A program made the position numbers and the translations under genes. A DNA stretch of 64,000 bases from Epiperipatus broadwayi (lineage: Eukaryota > Animalia > Onychophora), in contig JAQFVV010000003.1 in assembly GCA_028023455.1 (NCBI GenBank), positions 30,008,001-30,072,000 on the forward strand. The letters run 5' to 3'. The notes beneath the pieces are model-generated. The model saw only the letters and a program-made list of their open reading frames with translations, had not been told where the DNA came from and made no database searches. Shown here piece by piece: positions 51,401 to 63,400 of this stretch (position 1 is its first letter; every line of letters starts with the position of its first letter).

Positions 51401-54400
51401 ATTTAAAAGTGCACTCCAAAAAAAAAAAAAAAAAACGATATCAATTGCTGGATTTTCGATCATCGACTGTACATATTAACAACTTTACTGTATAATATTA
51501 TTCATTAAAATAATTTTTATGAATTATAGGAAAAAACGTTTCTATGATATTTTTATGATTTAATTTTTTTTATTTTTTATGTCTGCCATTATTGATTATT
51601 TTTCGTGTACCACCAACCAGCAACTCGCGTACCACCAGTGGTACGCGTACCACAGGTTGGGAAACGCTGCTCTAAAGCATTATTTGCAAAAACAACTATA
51701 TCATCTGCAAAATCTAGATTAATTAAACAATCTCCACTTACTTTTATTCCCTTAGATTCCCATTTTAATCCACAAAATACTACTTGCAAAACTGGTGTAA
51801 AAAATTTTGGAGATATGGAACCATCCTGTTGTACACCCTTCTCAATGTTAATCATCCTAGTATCATTATGTAATCTAATTGTTCTTCAGAATATGACAAT
51901 ATTCTAGGTGTATACTTTGATGATACAATGCTTTAATCACTGAAGAAGTGCTTATAGAATCAAATGTCTTTTCATAATCTACAAATCCAAAGCATAATGG
52001 CAAGTCATATTTATTGATCCTTTTTATAACTTCTCTTAAAAATTGGATATGATCGCTGTACTAAAGGCACTTTTAAATTCAGATTGTTCTTTTGGTTGGT
52101 TAAAATCCCAAGTTCAATGTAGACAAGTTGTAATTACTTTGGAAAAATTTTGTATAAAACTGATAAAAGACTGATAGGTCTGTAATTTCTAATATCTTCT
52201 TTATTATCTTTTTTAAATATTAATACTGCATTCATTATCATTTAGACATTTGGTATATAACTTTACCAAAAATTTTTCTATTTTTTCATCTAATTCCATC
52301 ATTACCCGAAGCTTTCCCCTTCAATTCAGAAGATATAGTAGTTGTAGAAGGTATAATTCTTGATAGAGCTCTTCTACACATTTCATAACATCATTTCACT
52401 TTTTTTCTTATTGCAGAAATAAATTTCCTACCAATAACAAGATGTTGTTTTACACTCTTGAGACTTTTATTCTCTTCTATAATTTTCCTTGTTAATTTAC
52501 AATTATACTTTTCTTATATCATTATCAACTCTTTTCCACACCATTTTACAAAATTCAAGTTATTTAATCCTTCTTGATGCATTGTTTTTATATATTTTCA
52601 TATTTCTTCCTTTTTTCATAAATTACCTTGTCTCAATAAAAATTTTACTGGTCTTGCTGTTTCTTTGTACCAGCTATCTTTGTTGCAGTTTTTAAAAATC
52701 TATCAATTTGTCAGCTGTCTTCCTATTGATTTTTTTCAAATTTAAATTATGTTCAAAATCTGTTAATATTTGAAAACGATTTGCAAGTTCTGATTTAAAT
52801 TCATTGGAATGTTTCCGAAGATTAAAAATATCAACTGTAAATATTGTTTTTCTTAATAATTTTTGTCTCTCTAGTTTTGCATTAACATGTATTTGACTAA
52901 TTGATGATCACTTCCTGCATTGAATTTACTAAGAACATTACAATCTTGAAATACATATTTTCTGTTAGTCAAAATATAATCCAATTCTGTTGTACTTTCA
53001 TTTGGATGCTTCCATGTCCATTTAACATTTTTCTCAAAAATAATAATGCATAATATAAAATTTTTCTTTTTCAGCAAACTCCATAAATCTATAGCTTCTG
53101 CCATTTCTATCACCGTAACCAAATTTACCTAAAATATTTTCATCTTTCAATTGTTTACTAATTCTAGCATTAAAGTCTCCTATGACAATTTTAAAAAGTT
53201 GTTTGGTCTGATGAAAAGCTTTTTGTACATCCATATAAAAATCTTCATTACAATGAGAACTTGGAGCATAAATCAAATTATCTATATTTGATATCTGCTA
53301 TTAAGTTAAATACCTAATCTTGCCACTCTGTCTGTTACACCATCAATCTCCACAATATTGTTTTTCCACTTTTTATTTATAATAACTCCTGCTCCACTTG
53401 TACTTCCAATGTTTGTGCCTTTGTAGTACAACACATGTCCACTTTTTAAATCAGTTGTCTCTTCATCTTTTAGACAATTCTTCTTCCAATTCTTGCAATC
53501 TTCCTTTACTTGAAAGTGGTCTGCAGCTGTAAGTACTTAAATAAAAAGTCATCAATGATAGGCTGGGTCGACAATCAGCGAGATTCTTAGTACTCTCCAC
53601 GTTTATCTGCCAACTGCTGCCTTGACTGGAAACTTTATGGTCTCCTGGGAATAAAGACCAATGATCATGACTGTAAATATCAGAAAAAAAAAATTCATTT
53701 ACACACACATTCATTCTGCTTCAATAAAAAAATGCAAGTGATATTTCAGTTAAAAGCTATCAGGCGACTGAGAAGGAAGACCATAGTATTTCTTGATTTT
53801 AAATTCAGAGATAACAAGCCAATAAACTCATCACACTGATTAATGCATGTTGGTGAGTAGCCCATCCATATTCATATACTATATGAATAACCACATAGTA
53901 ATAACAGCTGCAATAACAAGAATGTATGGAGAGGTCATTAGAAATTTGCCCTGCTCATTTGCTTTAAGGCCTCCAAGAGTAATCAAAAGATCTCCTTTCA
54001 GCTAACAGCAAATTCCTCATTGAAGTCAAATATGTTTATTCCTAAAAAATTATCTTTGGCTTTTAATTAACATTATGATTATGCAATAAAATAAAAAGAG
54101 TCAATTAAAAAAAAAAAAAAGAATTATAAATATTTACCTGTAATTGAGTTAAACTTTTAAAAACACTAAGATCAAATGGCAACTGATTTGTATAAATATT
54201 ACTGGATTCCATTGGCTCTGACTGACTACTGATCTAAATATATATAATAATTAAATATAATATATAATAAAATGAAACTGGAAGTAAATCTATAAAATTT
54301 ATTATATTAATTACACAAATAAATATTAATTAATAGTCATGTATGGCAAAAATGCTAAATTAGAGAGTTAAGGATATATATATATGAACATATAGTAGTT

Positions 54401-57400
54401 ATCCTGTATCAATGGCATTTGGTTTCAAACCAATAAATATGTGCTTTCAATATGTGCACACAATATCTATACAATTTTATAATACAATTTATTAGTAAAG
54501 AAAAAATAATAATTCAATTGCTTTTATTTAATTTTAATCAGTAGTTCACTAAAAATATAAAAAAAATTTTTTCTTCAACTATAATTTAGGTTGTTGAATG
54601 TAAATTGAAATAAAAGCATCAGGTGTCCAAAAATTAATTAATGATTGAATTAATTAATTTTTGGATAACACACACTTTTATTTCAACTTATAAGTAACAA
54701 TCACAATTGTGGTTGAAAAAATTTTTTTTTATATTTTTTAATGCATTATTGATCAAATTAAATAAAAGCATTTTTTATAAGATATTTTTATATATATATT
54801 TTTTAATATTTGGCTATTTTGCAATGGATTTTACCATTCATACTCAAATTTAAAAATTGAGAATGTAAACAATGTTACCATAACGTCCAGTATTTGAAAT
54901 AGAAATTCACATGCATCAAAAGTCATTTACAAGTTGTTTTTTTTGGTGATGGTAGCATTTCAAAAAAAGCAAGTTTTAGTTAAACAATCTAGAGAAATTA
55001 AGATTTCATTCTTCATTTTTCTCTTTCTATTTTAATTAATTACAAAGATTTTTTATGAATTAGTCATGAAAAATCATGAAAGTATATTTAAAAAAAAAAT
55101 ATAGCGCCATCTATTGCGCATCATTAAAAATTTATTGATCTGATTTTAATGTAGTTTAAAAATCAGTCAGCCAATACTTTTAGACTGGACAATCCTAAAA
55201 TATTGCAGTATCACTGATACCTAATATGTGCAAAAAAATTGAAGAAAATCCATTTGACAGAAGTTACAAGAAAGTTAAATAAGAGCTTTTTTTTGCAGTG
55301 AATTACCTTTTTTTTATTTTTACCATCTTAATCTTAGTTCAATAAAAGAATATTATTTCAATTTTTAAAAATAATTTACATTGAATTGTTAAGGAGGGGA
55401 AAAAAATCAAAGAATCATAGTAGTAAAAAAAGGAGATAAATAATTAAATAAATAAGTAAAAATACCTTTATTTTAAAATTGCACCTTTCAGATTCTTAAA
55501 AAAATAATTCCAATAAATCATCTGAACTTAAATAATTGCTTTAATAAAATGTTCATGTAACCAAAATGTTATTATGTCTATATTCAGTTTACACATATCT
55601 TAAAGGATTAAAGATTTTTATTTTCATTTAATGTATATATATATTTAAACTACAAAAATAACTAAAAACATGGATATGGGAAAGATAATCGAATATGCTA
55701 TTGGGATGTTTATCTATGCTAGTTACAGATTAATATTTATTTGTATAATTAATCTAAAATATGTTAATTTTTATAAAGTCAATTCAGAAATTTGTTTTAT
55801 TAAATATATATATATATATGTATATATTGTTAAACAAATATTATTAAAGTATATTAAAAAAAGAAATTAAAATGCATATATATTACTATTTACCATAATA
55901 AAAAAAAAAAAAAAGAAAAGATATTAAGCAAGTAAGAGCTTTATAAAGAAGTGGTTAGCGGATTAACTCATCATATACTTAAGAGAAAAGCTGTAATTTT
56001 CCAGATAAATGAAAAATTCTCATACAATATAGGAACTTTTTCTAAAAGATGGTTGCAGCCAATCTATTTAATTATCTACTATTGGTCAAAAAAAAAAGGT
56101 GTGTAACTATTATTAGTCGAAGATTATGCAACTCTATCTAATTTCAAATGTATAGACTATGTCCTTCTTTTAAAAAGTTAAAGTTAAAAGGAGGAAGGGT
56201 TCACATGGCTATTACATAGTATTCACATTTATGGCCCAGGCTGAACAGAAAATGATGATAAATGAAAATAGATAGTTCCAACATTTTACAATTTTAAGAC
56301 TAGTCATCCATCAATAGTACACAGTTTAACACTTATGCTCCTAAAATAATATTTTCAAGACATGACAAAATCAGCAAATATGTATCATAACTTCAGCTTA
56401 TCTTTCTGTTATATCATAACATAGGTTACATATCAAATATAGAGAGTGAAAAATTTAGGTCGAAAGTAGGATTAGGAAACTCACCCAATAAGCCAACTAA
56501 TATTAAGCAATAATATGGGTCAGATAGACTGACCTAAGCTTATGATTTACTTTTAATTTACTCAATATACTAAAAAAAAACAAACAAAGGGCCACTACAT
56601 TTTAATTATTCCAAAGTTGTTTTTTTAACTTTTCAATAAATAAATGATTATAGATAGCTGAAATTTACAATAAGTTGAAATAATGTTATAATATTACAAA
56701 AAAAAAAAACATAAACAAGAATACATCAACAATTATATATTTGCTCATTTATATCAAATTTGTGATATAATTTATATATTTAATGATAAACAATGTTATA
56801 AAAGACCAACTATTTCCACAATCTCATTTACAATATTATCTTCATGTTCAAAGTTTATATTAGTATATCTGAGAATATATAAATAAAAAAATATACATAT
56901 TTAATTAAATAATCCAGAAAGGGAATCTTAATTTGAGCAGAGTCTTAAGTAAGTAAACTATATCTTGAATTAGTGGGTAAGTCTAATTTCTTTAATAGTT
57001 TTTTAGGCATTTTCTGTGAGGAAACTAGCTCCTGGTATTGGTGAAATAATACGCTAGCAGATTGGAAACCATATTGCAAGAATAGACTTGAGTATATCAT
57101 TATATCAATAATATTTTTCATTTTAATATTTAATTATATATTAAAGGTTTAGTTTGGAAACTTTTTCTTCAAACAGGAATACAGTATTCATCAGAAGAGT
57201 ATGTCAGTGCTACAGTAGCTGTAAATGAAGTATTTCATCACAATTCCACATAATATTCAGCCAGCTATCCAAAGATGCTATATCTAGAAATTATGGAAAT
57301 TATTTGATATCTAACTTTTGATAAATGAGGAAAATAAGTTAATCTACAGTTCAGATTACTTTTAAATATTATAAGGTAGAATTGTGTGTTAGGCTATTGT

Positions 57401-60400
57401 TTTTCTATTATTTAGATGAAAAGGTCTCCATCAGATCATGAATAAGATTCTAATCTTTGGGAAAAAAATTCAAACATTTCATTTATTAAGTTATCCACAT
57501 ACAAAAAAGTTTACTATGTCTCAAACAGCAGTTTAATCATCCATTAAATTAGCAAAAATTATATTTGCAATTTACACTGCTGGGTTGCCATCTTGATTTT
57601 AAAAAAAAAATTATAACAAATATAATTTATAACATATCTTCTGTTTGAATACAATAAATATAAAAATATAAACATTGTTAGAAAGAGCAAATATGAAAGA
57701 ATGTAATAAAATTGATAAAATAGTCATTACCTAAATAAAAAATTTTAAAAAAGAGATTTTTAATATTTTTAAACATGTTCATTTTTACAATGTTTCACAA
57801 ATTCTGAATTTTGAAAGTTATATGTTAAAATGACAATTTCATAGACAGCTTCATCACATTTGTCATAAAATGCTGAAAAAAATGATATATAATATGACTT
57901 GCCTAAAAAAAATGCAATTGATGACTTATATTTTTACTAGCTGAACTAGATCCTGTCCTTCCAAATCAGAACATCAGTGAGAAATGTTTGTTGTCCTTCC
58001 ATGCAGAGTATCTGTTAGAAATATGTTTGGTTTTTAGTGGGGGAAAAAATAATAGGAATAGTTTAAGAGATATTAAGCAAAGAGAAATTCAGTAAATTGT
58101 TAATGTATTATTATATATTAATTATTGTATTATTGAAAAATGGGGTGTGATCTAAAATGTGCATTCTTTTCAAGTAAAAAGTGTATTCAAAAAATAAATA
58201 TCAAACAGTAAAAACAGTTTATGAGATATTATGCAAACAAAACTTTAATAAATTATAATGTATTATTATATTATTGAAAAATGGGGTGTGACCTAAAATA
58301 AGTATTCTTTTCAAGTAAAAAGTGTACTCAAAAAAAAAAAAGTCAAACAAAATTTTTTTTAAGATAAACTGAATAAAAATTATAACTAAATCAATAAACA
58401 TCAAAATAAACATATTTATTATGAGCACTGGTAATATATGTGTGAGAACTGATATATGATAGTGGATAACTGAGGGTGCTTGAAAGTCTGTATTCAAAAG
58501 ATTATTACAAAATTATAACAAATGAGTACAATGCTATTGTAATCATGCAATAAATGAATGATCATATAAATAAAATCATGATATATCTTGCCTATTGCCT
58601 AACCATGTAGGTATATTATTCTCTGAATGTGGATGTGCATGTTTTTATTGTCATTAAAATGTAAATTTTCTAAAATTTTACAGCATATTTATTACTTTTT
58701 TACGCATATTTCATTATATAAAAATATAAGTAATAAAAAACACTACTCACTGATGAAAAAATTGATTCCTGGGGCATGACTCATAAATGTTCAAACTTTG
58801 GTCATGAAGAAGCACTAAATGCAATTCCCATGCTTGTACTGCAAATAAAATAACTTCACCAACTTTTTTTTTTGGTCAATGCAATTGCTAAATCTGAATT
58901 ATCACTAAAATTAGCATCTATAAAGATATGGCTTAGAAATACATACATCGGTTTTTAAGCAAACAATTGGAGCAAGCTGTGAGAGAGTCCATTCATTTTA
59001 TGAATGCTAAATCTAAAAAAGAAAAAAAAAAAAAAATTAAAAATTGCATTTCAAAAAAAAAAATAATAAAAAAAAATACATACATCTTTTTGAACGAAGA
59101 GAAAGCTCACAAATACATATATCAACAATTGATATAATCTCTGAAAGCAGTGAAAGAGTCCATTTCAGTGGGAAAAACATTTTACGAATGCTAAATTAAA
59201 AAAAATAAATTAAAAATTGCATCTCAAAAAAAAAAAAGAAAATAAAAAATGTAAATTTCATCATAGAAAAAAAAATTATACACGATTTTAAAAGTAACAA
59301 AATGGTGGATCGAATAGCCTGAGACCCGTAAGTGTAAGACATACTGATTCTGCACAAACTGAGTTTAAAATCTTCTGAAAAGGGGTACAAAAGAGGTTTT
59401 TGGAGTGAAAGAATTTAAGGATTGCTTGGCAGTTGTTTACCAAATCAAAACATCACATATTTCTGTAGTTAAATTCTGCATTGGCAGCAATAATCTATCT
59501 ACAACATTTTGCTGCAAAGCGCTCTATATAAGAATAAGAAATAGTCCAAAATTAGTTATTGATTAATGGTCTTCATAAGTGAAAAGTAGTGAATTGCAAT
59601 TATCCACAAAATTGTTATTTTCTGAAATACAGAGGGATCATGGGTTCAAAATCTAGATATGTTGAAATATTACATGAATTTGAATAGAGTAATAAAAATA
59701 AAAGCAGCTGTTGAATGTGTACTTGTAATCCAATACTACTCACTGATGAAAGTCAACACTCAGGGATGAGCTCAGAGATCAAATTAGCACTATTATCTTG
59801 GAGTTTATTGATTATGCATAGATGATTCTCAAGTGTCCAGTTTAAACAAATGAAAAATAACATCCTATATTTTAATGAGCAATTTCCAATTTCAAATGTC
59901 TCAACACTGTTAAGTTTCTTATCCATAATTGTCAATATACACAGAAATTGAATGAAAATTACTCATACATATTCCTTGATTACTGATTTGGTATTAAACA
60001 TTTAAAGTTATTATGATGTTTGGGAACTATATTTAACTGACTTTATAACATTATAATTATGGTAATCTGCTTCAGAATACAAATAAACCCAATAGTGAAC
60101 ATTTAACTTATAAGTTGAGGATGTCACATTTATGCAAAGTTTATTATTCATTTTCTGTTAATGAAAATCTGTGCACCTATTGCAAATAAAACTGCTACAG
60201 TATAAAATCTATAAAAACTAATATCCTTACTATTGATAAAACCATCTAAAGGGAGAGATTATAACTAGTCACCCCTCCCCCCCACAAATCTCCTATAAAA
60301 AATGAACTGTTAAATCAATAGAACTAGTACTAATGGAAGAAATTAGCAGAGAATCTGAATCATAAAAATTGATAGATGTTTTACTATACTGCAGATAGAA

Positions 60401-63400
60401 CAAAGAAATTATTGCATCCCATGGCCTTAGGAGCACAATTTTTAAATCAAAAGATCAAATAAAGAACAAAACTATTAATCAAACAACACAGACATGTGAA
60501 GAAATAATTAATTATCACCTTCCTGATTCTGGAGTCTAGAAATGCCCATTTTAAAAATTATAAAACATTGATTAACTTAAAAACTATTCAAAGAATTAAG
60601 ACATTGTACAGGCTTAAACCTGCATTTATAAATGCGGGATTCAAACTCAGACTTTCACACAACCCACTACTCTCAGTTCCATTTTATATTGCTGACCCAC
60701 CAGATCACACACATGTTGAAAAGATAAATAATCACCAATATACAACATGTGTGTAATTTGGTGGGTCAGCAATATAAGATGGCACTGAGAGTAGTGAGTC
60801 ATCTCAAAGAATTAAGATAATTTTACTTATAAATATATATTAATTATATAACCAATTATGTAATTAATACTTAAAAAATATACAATATTAATATAAATAA
60901 TAGAATTCAAGAGCCATCATTAGTTCACTGTGAAAATAAGATATATTAAATACAGTAACCAAATTCTATATTGTAAACTATGACAATATAAAACTCAGGC
61001 AAAACTCTCCATACAATATTGCCATTCAGTGCAAACCAGAGTAATCAATGGATGCCAGAAGGCTTGTGCATAAAATCCCCATCTAGTGCTTATATCCCCA
61101 GACTAGTTTCTGGCTTGTGGCCTTAGTCAGTGAGGAACCATGGATCCGAGAGCACTGCACTTAGATCTTAGGATCTGGCTTGCACTGAGTGGCAATACTG
61201 TATGGAGAGTTTTGCCTGTTTTAATAACAGTTATAAGCAAGCATAAGAAATGGTGATCATGTGATGTTTATTGGCTTAATATAAAACTCACAGGATTACT
61301 TTCAGGGAGCATTCTTCACTAGTTATGCCAAGCCTTAAGCATCACAAACTGTATATCAGAATAAGCTTCAATCTTGTTTATATTAAGCAGATTTTACTTT
61401 CTTTATTTTAAGTATGAAAGATGAAATTTACTTAACTATTAAATGTGATGCTCTTCACATTTAATAAGCACGCATGAAATTATATTGTGAATAAGCAAAA
61501 AATATAATCAAGTTCATTTTATCACTAACCCTAGTCATAGTATGTATATATGTTTGTAAAAAAAGCTGTTATTTATTTTAAAAATGAAATTCACAATTAT
61601 GAATGTTCTTCACAATTAATAAATACATATAAAAATAAATTCTAGTAAGGTAGGAACTTAATTAATTCTGTTTATATGAATCTCACCATATGCACATAAT
61701 ATAATCATTTACGCAATTAATATATAGGTATACATATATTTTAAAATTAGCACAGGCATTTGCATTAACATATTCCTATATATTTATATTTTTTAGGTCA
61801 ATAATTTTTAATTATAAAACAACCAAATGATTATCTGACATTAAAATAAAAATACAGCTTAATTAAAAATAATATGTAAAATAAATAAATAAATTTTTAA
61901 TGATGTAGAATAAAATATAGAGAGAAATTTTGTACTAATATATTTCATGATTTTTATGATATCTGGAAAATATATTGTCAACTGCTTTAATTTAAAATTG
62001 AATTAAATTTTGCAATCTTTCTTTTTCTTTATATATTCACATAAAGATAAACCATGAGTTCTGTATTCATGAGTTTGACTTTTTCCCTAGCAGTGGTAAA
62101 AGATGCATTGTATTATAAATATCTTACGTTTCGACATTCAGTGCAATGAGACTCATCTGATCATCCTAGATCAAACTGGAGTTTTTATCTGCAACTAATA
62201 ATAGTTAGATATCCATTTGCTAACCAACACTGGTTAGACAGGTGGCTGAGTAAGGATTCTCAAAAGTAGGACTATAAAGACATGAAATCTATATTTGAAA
62301 TAATTTAATTTTTTTTTGATGTGTCATATATACACATATCTATCATTTTATACCTCAATCACTTTCAAATAGTAAAAAACTATATTGGATTAAAATTGCA
62401 TACTTTTTCTAATATTATCCATTTTTTGGTACATTGTCACCTTCTTGGATTATAATCACTAAGGATACAACTCATATACTCAGATGAAGAAAACTGGAAA
62501 CAATTTTCAAATTACCATTTTTGTTTTATTTTTAAATAATTCAGTGCAATGCAAAGGTATTTCTAACAGCCCAACATAATGAAAACATTATCTATTAGAG
62601 TTACCAATCAAATGATGAGGATTTTTAATAGATTGCATACTTATTTTCCGTTTTAATTAAAAATAGATATACAGAATTCATAGCTAAGTTGTTGTGGGCT
62701 GGTTCCATACAAAAAAAAAATCATGAGTATGTTTAGTTCAAATTCGAACTCTAAGTCATAGGTATGGCAGACAAGTTAGCCAACAACTATACCACGGTAT
62801 ATTTTACATAAAAAGATCGTAACAGTCCGGACGATGTTGTTGGAGGAGAGGGTCACATCTAACCACAGTCGGACCTAGGGTCTTCGGGTAGAATGCTGGA
62901 GATACCGCGATGAAGCACACAACTTATGATTGCACCCATCTCCAATAGACCAGCTCAACACTCATTTACTAAATCTAGATACAATTTGGGTCAGTTCATC
63001 CACATCTCACCCCCTTTTTCGGTTCCGTTAGTTATGCTACAGTATTCGAACTCAAGAGAATTCGCCTTTGATTCTATTAACAGGGATTTACTTATACAAA
63101 GTGATAATTAGTCTACCTCACAAAAGTTACCTAATAAAATATTAATACATTAAGCCTATATATATATATGCATATCTTGACTCAAGTTTTATAAGGAGTA
63201 AATTGAAACATATATTTCATATGTTGGCAAAACTAATTAATCTAGTCAAACATAAATCTTGACTGAACATAACCTAACATCACAAGTAGCTAAGGTTGTT
63301 GTGAGTATGATTATAAGTCACCCTCACAATATGAATATAAACATATATACATATAGTAACATACCTTTAAATGCTTTAATCTACATATAAAATCCAAGGC

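Larger units (their letters stand above)
49075..53900 (-). mobile_element. Near full-length decayed RTE-like LINE, copy 2, interrupted by a hAT and a family A element
   Basis: [38 protein letters not shown] (APE); [18 protein letters not shown] (RT); [26 protein letters not shown]; same 5' segment as copy 1. Confidence 0.92.

Noticed and set aside
53760-54050. Odorant-receptor-like exon, or HDV-like ribozyme at the RTE 5' end
   Set aside because: Part of the segment (about 53760-53900) matches 13745-13875, so it is RTE 5' sequence; I could not fold a nested double pseudoknot by eye
59430-59530. [14 protein letters not shown] as a NISCH exon
   Set aside because: It lies between exons 1 and 2, which already join correctly; the similarity is weak and in the wrong order
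58746-59760. Two actactcactgatgaaa motifs (about 58742 and 59737) as hammerhead starts
   Set aside because: No downstream GAAAC-NUH or helix pairing
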